Assembly (NCBI RefSeq): GCF_964188315.1
Contig: NC_135668.1
Coordinates: 31,000,001 to 31,064,000 of the forward strand
Reading direction: 5' to 3'
DNA: 64,000 bases
Origin: Podarcis muralis
Lineage: Eukaryota
Shown: in pieces, positions 35,901 through 47,900 of the stretch
Layout: every line of letters begins with the position of its first letter
How positions within the stretch are numbered: position 1 is the first letter of the stretch
Translations under genes and position numbers: made by a program
Notes under the pieces: model-generated
Seen by the model: only the letters and a program-made list of their open reading frames with translations
Database searches by the model: none
Told to the model about the DNA's origin: nothing

Positions 35901-38900
35901 ATTTTCATCTAAGTCAGGCAAAGCAGTGGAAACGCTGAACTGGTGTCTGACATCAGTGAGAAGCTGGGCAAAGGCCAATAAGCTGAAATTCAATCTGGAC
36001 AAGATGGAGGCACCATTGGTGGGTGCTTTGTCTGCTCAGGAAGACTGTGTTTAGGCAGTTCCAGATGGGGAAACACTTCCCCTAAAGCAGGTGTGAGGAA
36101 CCTTGGCTACAAAATAAACAATTTCTTCATGAAACACATAGTTAAACTATGGAAGTCACTCCCACAAGAGGCAGCAATGGCGACCAAATTGGATTACTTT
36201 AAAAGAGGGTGAGATACATTCATGGAGGAGGATAAAGCTACCAAGGGCTACTAGCCACAATGGCTATGCTCTCCACCCACAGCTGGAGGCAGCCATGCTT
36301 TCAAATACAGTTGTACCTTGGTTCTTGAATGACTTTATACTTGTACATTTTGGCTCCCAAACGCCACAAACCCAAAAGTGAGTGTTCTGGTTTGAAAACA
36401 TTTTTCGGAAGCCAAACATCCAGTGCAACTTCCGCAGCTGACGACTGAGTGCAGGAAGCTCCTGCAGCAAATCAGAAGCCACGCCTTGGTTTCTGAATGG
36501 TTCCAGGAGTCAAACAGACTCCTGGAACGGATTATGTTTGACAACCAAGGTACCAGTTTCTGGAAACAAGAGGGGAGAGGTCTCTTGTGCTCAGATCCTG
36601 TTTGAGAGTTTACCATTGAGGCATCTGGTCTGCCACTCTGAGAAGGGGATACTAGACTAGTAGCACATGTTATTTTTTCAACTTTCACATTCCAAAAATG
36701 AGGGGTGCTAAAAAGTTATAACATCACCTGGGAATTCAAAAGCTATTTTGGTTAAATTAATACAATTTAGTTTTGCATAGTAAACAACTACAGTACATAA
36801 AATATTGACCTTTTTAATAAATTTCCAATAATTTTAGACTGGTCTTATAAGTGTGAAAAAAATGTGTGTGAAATTGCATAAAAATCGAAACATCAAAACT
36901 TGACAAGCTTTTTGATATCCTCAATTGCAAGTGTAAGATTTTTCTTTGCTCTGAATTTGACTGCCCTACAGATGCTGGTTGCGAAAAAGAAGCTCACGTT
37001 AACTGTACATGCCCTATGGAGATGAAGATCCATTGGAAGGAACTTGCTTTCATTAAAGGTCAGAGAGAGAATACTGGTTTGATTGGGCCACATCAGACTG
37101 TCTTGCCAGATCTGCCTGAGCATAACAGACAAGTCACAAAGCAGAAGCGGCAAGAAGATGAGAGAAGAAGACTTGCTGAATATAAGCAGTGAAGTAAGTA
37201 GGATGCTTGAATACCATGAAATGAAAAAAATTTCTCTGCTAGTGAAAATGAAGGTGCCCAAGATGGAAATGGTGGAAGTTATGAATTGACATTAAGAAAA
37301 ACAAGTACGACTTCCACTTCAAATAAAAAGACAGTATAACACATTAGAAATACATAATGTTGCTATGTAGAGCATTGGATAGGGTGTTGGCCTTTGTGCC
37401 ACAAATGCCCTCACCACTGCCACCTTTCTGGATGCTGGCTTGGTCACTGAAGACAAGAGACTTGATCACAATAAAGTCAAGAGGGCCAAGAAAAAGTTAT
37501 GAAATCCCTGGATCAGGAATCTGATTACCTTTGTCAGAAGGATGAAATTGACAGCATCTTCTTTGACGGCCAGGAAGATACAACTAAAGTTACGCTCAAA
37601 GCAGACAATTCAGATCAGCGGTTCCCAAGCATCATCTCAGAACAGAATTAATATGTGTGCAGTGAGCCAGGTGGAAGGTACCTCTACCACTTCACACTGG
37701 AAAAATGCCGGAGTTTTTGCTAATAATTTTGTAGATTTCATTAAGAAGAGCAGCACTGATAAGAGCCTGAAGGCCACTGAAGTTGATTCTACAAGTCTTA
37801 ACACTGGCTTGGAGGGTAGTACCATGCATTGGGTAGAGATCAAGCTTGGTTGTAAGCTGATCGGGTTGGTTTGTGCCCTCCACACCAACAAGTTACCCCA
37901 TGACAGTTGATCCAGCACTAAATGGAAAGACCTTTTCTAACAGCAAGTGGACAGGTAACATTGACAAGATGTTAAGACGCTGCTACAGAACTTGACATTG
38001 ATTCTTCATTAACCAAAGTCACAACCGGAGAGCCTCTTCACTGACTGACAATGTCATAATGGATCTGTCTACTGATCAAGCGTTCAAGTATTGGATCACA
38101 CAGGCCATAAGGACAGGAAAACTTCCCATGGATCTGGTCCTTCTTGAAACTGGTCCAGTAAGCCACTAAAGGCAAAGCCCCCAACAACTTAAGACTGATA
38201 GTGGAATACATTGTTTGCGTGCACTACCCCCTGCTGGTTCAACATCAAAGTAAAACAGCCTTGGGTGGAAGGCCTACACCAAATCTTGTTTCAGCTACAA
38301 CAAGTTAGGCTGCAAAGGAAGGCTGTAGTGGATGCTGTTTTGCCAACCACTCAACATTCAGCACTGTATGCATTCAGGGAAATGATAATCCAGACACTCT
38401 TGTGCTCAGATGACAATGAGGAGAGGAGATCGAACTTGCAACCTTGGTCTTATCAGCACCACACCCCAACCGGCTGAGCTATCTTTCCATGGGAGTAACT
38501 AACTCAGGGCAATCAGCTTTGAACCCTGCTTCAATTCCCCAACGCCACACTTGATACAGGGAGACTCCTCCCTGCACCACCCCCATCCTGGAGCACGGAC
38601 ACAGTGACCGGCATTACTTAAGTACACAGACAAAATGGAATTTGAAGATTTTGTCACTGTATTGATTTGCGTTTATGGCTTCCCTGGCAAGAATCCATCC
38701 TGAATTTTAGTCTGGCTCAACACCCCAGGAGGCTTACAACTGCAAAACAAGAGGAACCACTATGATATAAATATAAAAGATTATTAAAAAGAATCCATCT
38801 CCCATGTAAAGCACCACCACACCCCGGGTGAAAACGGCTCCCACCCTAGGGACCTCTGCTGAAGGACAGATGGCTTTTGTAAGCATGAAATCAGGCATAA

Positions 38901-41900
38901 TAGTATAGCCATGGGCTCACTCAAGCAGGTAGAATAGCAAGCCATAATGTAGGTCAGCCGAGGAGATTTAAGGCGGCGGGTGCAGAGGGATTTTCAGAAC
39001 CACCAGGCAACCTAGATATCCCCCTTCTTGTTATTTTGCTGGAAAATCCTCAGGCAGCTCTGAAAAATCCCACCCGGCCCAATTGTGGCACCCGCTGCTT
39101 AGCCACAGGGGCAGGCAGCAACTCAAGCTGGAAGGAGACAGCAAAAGGCACCACTGAGCCTCCCCTCCTGAATACACAGTAAGTGCTTGTCACCATCCCA
39201 CATTTCTCAGTGAGGAAAGAGGACTGATGGGCAGGGGAAAAAAGCCTTGTGCTGCCACACAGCCACAAACAAGAGGGGGAAGGTAGCACTGCTCATGCAG
39301 AAAAATGCTGAGCAGTCAGAAGAGGCCGGCTGCAAGGAACAGATCTGGTAACACTCAAAGGAGAAGAAGGAAATCACAACGGGGTGCATTCACACAGACA
39401 GTTTAACCTTAAGAATCCAACAGAAAAACTGCCTCTGTCTATCCCAACAAGCAGGAAAGGCTGTCTAGTCAAGAGATGCAAATGTTGATGGAAATCACAC
39501 TGACTCCTTGGCAATTAATTGGAACTCGGGAATAGGCACAGGCCTTGCCAAGCAGTGTCTGCCAAAAAGTGGGAATTAGAAAAGGAGAGCAGGACTAGGC
39601 CCCATTACTAAACATGTAACATGATCAAGACCCCTTTAGAACCTTGTACACCCCCCCTTTCTGCTTTGTCAGCAAGGTCGCCGGATGAAGTTAGCTTGCA
39701 TTCTGCATGTAACTCTTGCTCCACACAATGTATCACAGATAGTTATGGGTTTGTGTTTTTATTTAGCTTTAAGCAGAAAGAATAACCACTAGCGTTAACT
39801 AAAGCAATCCATGAGATTTTGTATAAATTGCATGGAAAGCAGGAAATAGTGAAATACCCTAGATATCAATATCAAGTTTTTAGGGAGTCTAAGCAAACAT
39901 GAATCTGGAATCCACTCTTACCACAAGTAGTTGCATGTTTATTGCACATCCCTGAAGTTGTACATTTGCCATCTCTAATAAAATAGCACCAATTCCTCTG
40001 TTTTTGCACTGCCTTAAAAACCATGAATGCTGTGTACCGTGTGAAAGCATAAAAAGCATTTTAACTCTCAACATATCCAACCCTAGAGCCCAAGAAGGAG
40101 GGAAAGATCTACAGGCACAACTTAACTAAACCAGCCCCGTTTAAGGCAGAGCAGCAGTTGCCCCCCTGCAAACTGCTCAGCGGAGCAGCAATGAAGTGTG
40201 GGTAGTCAGGAGTCAGCATTTTCTGTCTCATCACAGAGGAAATACTTCAGCTTATGCCACCTCTTTGCCAGCCTCATATTCACTCACTGGCAGGGCAGAG
40301 ACAGGGTCTGAGGCAGCTTAGGATCCTGACTAAGTCCTGACCCTCCCCATGACGACCCTCGGATCCTGCCCATTTCCAAGCTAATCTGGCATAAAGTCCC
40401 AAATGCTTGTGCCTCCTCAAGGAGACTGTCAGGATCTCAAGCACCTACACCTCTGTCTATCACATTCACTCAGAAGGCTGTCACAAGCTGAGCCTTCTTC
40501 TCAGCTTTGATGTTACTGCATTATTATTTATATCCCGCATTTTCTCCCACTTTGGGATTCAAGGCCGCTTGCAACCCTGGCAAGAAAACAATGTTACAAA
40601 ATAGAAGCAATTAAAAAAAAGTCTAGTTAAAAACAGTACAGTAGTATCTCGGGTTAAGTACTTAATTCATTCCGGAGGTCTGTTCTTAACCTGAAACTGT
40701 TCTTAACCTGAAGCACCACTTTAGCTAATGGGGCCTCCTGCTGCTGCCGCACCACCGGAGCACGATTTCTGTTCTCATCCTGAAGCAAAGTTCTTAATCT
40801 GAAGCACTATTTCTGGGTTAGCAGAGTCTGTAACCTGAAGCGTCTGTAACCTGAAGCGTATGTAACCTGAGGTACCACTGTAATTAAAATACATAAGAAC
40901 ACAAGAGTTGCAGAGGTGGGAAGCAACAGCCCTGACAACTCTGTGGCAGTCCCTTTCCCTCTCCGACTCTGAGGCAGAGTGTGGGGAGGCTGCTGTGTTC
41001 TCAGAATACCTGGAGAGCACGCCATGTAAAACCAGCAGCACACCACTGCCCCAGAGGGGGCATCCTCGGCTGACGCTTGGCCAAGATACCCAAGCTCCTT
41101 GATCAAGTGATGGCAAAACAGGAAACCCCTCTGCCTCCCTGTTCTAGCCCGGGAAAGCAGGATGAGGTACACTGGCAGCAGCACGACAAAGGTGCCCAAA
41201 CAGCAAAGGGGAAAATGACAGGCAACAACAAGGAGAGCCTCAAACTGTTAAACCACTGCAGGATCCCACATGAAGCACAGGATGGCACTGTCAGTCTCGT
41301 ATCAATCTGCTACAAGCCCCAAGACCAGCCCTACCATTAGGCAGAGTAGGCTGGTAGGTGCAGGCCTGATGCTCTCAGGTGAGGGGCAGGCTTGGCCAGT
41401 TCCCCTTGCGAAGCAGAATTTTTGGGGTCAACCCTGACAAGCTACACACTTCCACTGCTACCTGCCTAAAGATTGCAAGATAAACTTTACATCCTACCAT
41501 AGAATATTTGCAGGAGTTTACTGAGAACCCCTGAGCCCCGGGGTGGAACTGTAGTTTTCCACTATTAATCCAGGAACTCTTACCCTGTGCATTGTTTACA
41601 GACCGTTCAAGACAGGAAACTATTAGAGAAAGTTGCTTTCCATTTTTAAAAAAAGGTACTTTAAAACAGTAAATTACTTGCTTCGCTTGCAGTTCCCAAT
41701 CTCTGCATTAACCAGTATGTTTACTGAAACATCTAAACAATAGTTTGCTAACCTGTTGGTAAGCAAAAACAATCCCATCAATCACAGAATTTGCCAACTG
41801 TTAAGCACAGTAACATGCCTGGACAAACAATGTATACAGTTAATCCTATGAAAGCAATCAAAAGTGTACATAAAACAAAGTATGACCCAAATCAGAATCA

Positions 41901-44900
41901 GACTCGCCTCCTCTCTCAGCACTCGAGGAGACAAAAGTTGATGATCAGGGTTTATTTATGATAATGAGCCCTTTAAGTTTCATATTTGCCTCTCCATTGG
42001 ATGTGTGGTTTAAAATCCACAAGGACCTCATCCTGCATTCTGTGACCCACATCCACGAGGGCCACTTCTTGTCAAGCACTTAAGCTGACACTTGCAGTGG
42101 CTGTTAGGGTCTTTGGTATCCGTTTGCTCCAATCCACAGATCCACAGATCCTCATGCAGCTAGACGCAGGGATCAAACATTTCTGAACTCTCTATTAAAC
42201 AAGATCATGAAGGGCATTTTTAGAAAGGGGTTCAACTTCAAAGGGTCTAAAAACAGATGATGGGGTTTATTTCTTTATTTGATTCCATTTCACAGATAGA
42301 ATGATAGAATTTGCACTGGGGATGGGGGGGGGAGGGAAATCTGTATGTAGAACTTTTAAAACATAAGCCACCTGCAGCCTATGGAGGAAGACCATTCAAG
42401 AGGAAACCAATGTGCTTATTACACAGAGCTACAGGAATCTCCCTCATTCTGGCATACAAAGAGGCACATATTTAGCTGCTACCGACAAATTCAGGGCAGG
42501 AATTGGAGTCTTCTCTGTATCCAACTGAAAAGACCAAGAAAATGTTTAGGTAGGCAGAATACAACTGACTGAAATAGCTGACAAAGACAGGGAGGTTAAA
42601 GCAATCTTGTCTTGCAAAAAGGAGCCTTTTGAAACAGACTTTGACAATGACAATACAGGAAACAAAATTCTTATTCATTCAACAGCCCTACTCACTTATG
42701 AGAGGGAGGCCCATTTTACTCCTGACAACCTTGCAAAGCTACCTGGCTACAGAAAAACCAAGTGCACGCTCTTGGCTTGGCCAACTTCAACAAAGCCACA
42801 GGAGCAGAACCAGAGTAACAATTCTACATCAAGGGTGGGGAACCTTTGGCCCTCCAGGTGTTGCTGAACAGCAACTGCCATCAGCTCCAACAAGCATGGA
42901 CAATGGCATGCGATGATGGGAGCTGTAGTTCAGCAACATCTGGAGGGCCTGACATTCCACACACCTGATCTCCATTTAGATGGGAAAAGGAAGTAACAGT
43001 AATAACAATTACTGTAAGCATTTTCCAGGACCATGTACTTAAGTTTTGCATTGTTCATTCAGGGACTCCATTCATTACAAAATGGTAACATTCAATTAAG
43101 TAATGAGCCGTATTCCCAAGTCTGCTTTCTACATAGTGTTCTAGTTAGCACATCACATTAAACCATATTTAAAACAAGCTATGGATTAGTGTGAACAAGC
43201 GGTTGCTGGTGTATGGTTATTCAACCGCAGGCACTTCGCTCCTTCCCTGCTCCTGCCACACTGAGAAGGAAACCAGCTCAACAAGAGAGCCTTAATAGCA
43301 CCTGAAAGACTAACAAATTTAATGTGGCAGAGGCTTTCTAGTCCATGACATAATAAATTAGATAGACTTTACATTACTACAAGACTCTCATTTTGCTCCA
43401 GCATACGACATACAGAAGCTACCCTCCTAACAGAATAAACTATCCAGCTTTTCCATACTGGGTAGAGGCACCCTGGAAATGGAAAGAGAAGCCACTCTTT
43501 GGCAGCATTCTCCTGAACAGTTTAAAAGGGGCTTCCACTCCTTTGCAAAGAGGACAGCACATCCTCTCCTCCCTCCTTCTCTCAAGGGGAACAGCACAAA
43601 ATGAAAAGGACATGTAAGAGACACACAGGTCTATGTTAACAAGGCCCAGTACTAAAACCATGCTTCTAGCTCTGTTTCCTGATGTACTTGCAGTTGTGTA
43701 ACATGTGAAGAAATATAATGTTGGTATTTGGTAAAGCCCGCCAGGCTCACCATGTAATCACTGCCGCCATCTCCTCCTCCTCCTGGTGGGGAACAGTAGC
43801 AGGAGGGGGGCAGCAGCATGAGTGAGGAGGCCGGCAGGCAAGGAAGTGTGGAAAGAATGTGCCTCCCAACCACAGCTACAGTCGCTGTCTCCTGGGAAGG
43901 AAAGCACCCCACAACCAACTGCTCAAGGTGGAAGTGGCAAAATTCCACCACTACAGGCAACCAGCTTCCTCAAAAAGAGAAGAAAGCAGTGGTCAAGCAT
44001 CCAGCCACTGACTGGAGCACATAACAGACCTCAATGTGCCAATACTCTGTAGCCACAAAGACCTTAAAGAGTTTTAAAGTTCACAGTGCCATGAACCTCT
44101 TCTCATCCATCTTCTCCTCGTGCATTTGGTTCAAGCAAAGTAACTATTTCTGTGATGCAGCTTCAGCAAACCAGCGGGGACCCTGCATAAGACTTATCCC
44201 CATTGATACAGCAAATGCCCAGTTGAGTTTCTGATCTGGTGAACGGTATTTAATAGTTTAAAGGCTCCACTAAATATTCAAAGTTGCTACAATAAACATA
44301 AAGCAGACACCATAGAATCTATGGTAACAAAACTGCTCCAAATGAAATAGTCCCTTTGCTGTCCCTCTCCAAAAACTGGAAACCCAGAATTACAGAAAAT
44401 CACAAAAGATTCACTTCAGTGCCAAGACAGCTAGCACTAGCCCACAAGCTGAGGCTGACTTTCCTGCTGAGCTTTAATCAAGCCTTAATAAGTGCATGAA
44501 CAATTGTGCTGCACAATGACCAACAAGGGTATCTATCACCTCCCAGTTCTTTCTTTACAAGCAGATTTGATGAAGTTTCTTAAGTGTCACAAGCTGAGTC
44601 TACATTACATTTACATTTGATTTTACATTAGGGTATTCTTAAAAGAGAAATGCTTATCAAGGAAAAAATCTTATCACTTTTTTTGAATTTATTTTTATCC
44701 ACCCTGGCTAGCAGCATGACTGCCATGTTTCAGCTCTTTGGAGAAAAACCAGACATATTATTTTCCCCGAGATAAAGTAAGATCAGTTTCCTCTTTTTTC
44801 CTCTCTATTTATTCATTCATCCACTCATCCATCCTTTATGGTTAGAAACTGCCTTTCAGTTCAGTTTCCGAGAATAAATTGCTCCCCGTCTTCAGCAGGA

Positions 44901-47900
44901 AGATCCTAAGAAAGTAAAGCATCACATGAAGGTGAAGCCTCTGAACAGCTGTTTCCAGAGTAGCAGCCATGCTGGTCTGCTGCAGCCAACATCCCAAACT
45001 CTTTTGTGGCTCCTTAGAAACCAAGCAGAAAGCCCACTTCACCAGCTTAGGCTACAATAAACATGTTAGCCTTTAAGTTGTCACCAGGCTCTAAGCAGCA
45101 ACTATCTCTTCCCCAGGCAACAACAGTCACCATTCCTGCTCAAAACACCAAGTCAAATTTGGCACCATTCTAAAGCTTCAGGAAGGAACAGTTTGGATAG
45201 AAATCTGTGGGTTTTGTTTAAATCTGACCGGGATGGTTATTTCCATGCCCACCAGTTTGGAAGAAAAACAAGGTAATGGTTCCTTCATACTCAGGAGGAT
45301 AACTGCAGCGTATTAGTTTTATAAGAATAAAGCAACAGGGTGCAATGAGCTTCCAGGACCTTCGGAAAGCTGAGGGCAGCTGAGCCACAGAATGTCAATG
45401 GTGTCAGCTAAAAGGGAAAGGGTGGAAGAGGGGAGGAACTGGCCAGCTTGAGCCCTTAACACAGTTTATTTAACAGCCTGCCCAATAACACAGTAGGTCC
45501 CAGAGCATCCTGGCAAGAACCATAAATAATCCCAGTGGTCATTGGCTGATACCTGCAGCCATTCTGTAGGCAGAGTGAGCCATGTTACAATATCCATGCT
45601 GCAACGGCTGCACCCATGAACACATTATGTCCCATCCCTGGTAGGCAGGTAGGGCACACACTAAGTGGAGGAAATATTCAATGCTCAAACCTATTCAAAT
45701 AAATCTTCAAGCAAAAAGGTATTGACAAGTACTCTTGCGTGTGTACCGAGAAGTAGAGAGTAATTAATCCCTTAATAGCATGATCACTATTTTATGCCAT
45801 TTTGGCTGGTCTTAATAAAGGCATTGCCCACAATGAACCAGCATTGTTTCCTCCTCTTTTATTAATTTCACAGTTGTTCTCCTCCCCCATATGGGATCTG
45901 TGCAAGTATTTCGACTACTAGTGCCTAGAAAGTGCAAAAACTCTGCTTCTGTGATTTTTAATGCTGGCAACAACAAATAAACATACTTTCTAAGGAAAAA
46001 TCTGAAATACAACATGATCAAAGTTGTTTTTGAAACAATTAGAACAAATGTTAGAATCATAATTTAAGTAAGTCTCTTCCACCGGTGATCAAAATTGCTG
46101 AAACAAGACTGAATCAATTCACTCCAAGAAATGGCAAATATCACACAAACAGTTACGCCCTTTTCAAAATCTCAGCAATCCACTGAGAACATTAACAGGC
46201 CTTGTTGAGCTTGAACCAGTATAGCTGCACTAGATCCACTGTTTATGGCAATTTGACCTCATAGTTTGCTAGGGACAAACCCGGACTCCCTCTTTTCTTG
46301 CACACAACAGTAGACTCTTGGCTCTTGTAAACAGCGGGTGGCCTCCTGAAACCTGGCACCCCACTTGTTTTCCAACATCATGAGATTAAAAGAGAAGCAG
46401 CTCTGCTGAAAAGTGTTCCATATTCTCCTGATCCAATCATTAAAAACAAGCAATGAACAATCTCCTCATTGTCCCAAGCACCAAATCATAAACAAACAGT
46501 ACCCTGGAAGCAAGGTCCATTCTAAGCAGCCCTTGTTGAGCAGCCAGGAAGCCTCATCCATGACCAGAGGGTACAAAGTGGAAGAGCAGCCCCCCACCCT
46601 GGAAAAAAAAAATCAAGAGAAAATAAATGACTAATCTTTTGACCAAGCCCAACCATTTTCCAACCCAGAACTTTGCTAACTAAGGCTGAACTCCTAACCC
46701 CACTTGACTAAGAGTATGCCACATTGAATTAAATTTACATCTGAGTAGGCATGCTTAGGACTGCTTGTCATCTAGGTAAATAGGAAACAAGACTAGATCA
46801 ATTGTTCCTATACAATTACTTGTCTCCAATTTGAGTTAACAAGGCAGCCACTAGCTTTGCCTCAAAAAACACACACAATAAACCAACTGACAACAGAACT
46901 GTGTGAAGTTGCAGTTTTTCCATCACCCAATATTAATATGAGGCAGAGTAGGCATCACAGTCTTGATATGATCAGAGTCAACTGTGAAGCATCATTGCTC
47001 AGGTGTTATTCATAAGCCAGGAGTACTGACTAGCATGTATGTCTCTTTCTCTCTGATACGCACACCACACTTATCTTTCCACACAAGTTTTTGGGGATCT
47101 TGGGCATAAACTAACTCACTAGTCACATCTCTCTACACAGCAAGACCAAAGCCTGCAGAGGATGCTGTGCCACTGGGGAAAGGTTGTAGCTAGGTGGTAG
47201 AGCATCTGGTTAGCATGCAGAAGGGCCTCTTCAGTTCAACCCCCAGCATCTCCAGGTAGGGCTGAGAACATCTCCTGCCTTAGACCCAGAAGAGCCACTG
47301 CCAGTTAGTGTAGACAATACTGAGATGAGTCAATAACCTAATTCAGCGTTGGGCTGCTTCCAACGTTCCTATGCAGACAGGGAATCAGGGCTACTATCTA
47401 TGAACTACCAGAAACATGTGTGTTCAACTAAGAATCATACCAGTGCTAACATTCTGCCATGAAGAAGATGGAGCAAACTCATTCTTTGTTGCTCTATAGA
47501 GAGGGACTAGAAATGATGGGTAGAAACTGCAAGGAAGCAAATTTTGACTGAGCATTAAAAGAAATATTACAACACAAAAGGCTGTTGGGGAGCAGCACAG
47601 GTAGTGCTGGTGGGTTCCCCCGCACTTGAGGCATTTAAGCAGTGGATGGCCACCCATATGCCAGGAATGGTGAAGATTCCTGAACTAAACCAGGTGGGAG
47701 TCCAACTCTTATGATCCTAGGAAATAGCCCCTCCTCTGTTCGGTCTGACAGAATTCTCTGTGCAACTCCAAACTTTATACCCTCCTATGGAAGTTGATCC
47801 AACAAGTAACATATTTAAATGATGTAAACGGAACTGTTTCTCTCATCTCACTCATTAAGAATTGCAGATAACACCTGAAGGAGATTCTAAGCAGGTATTT

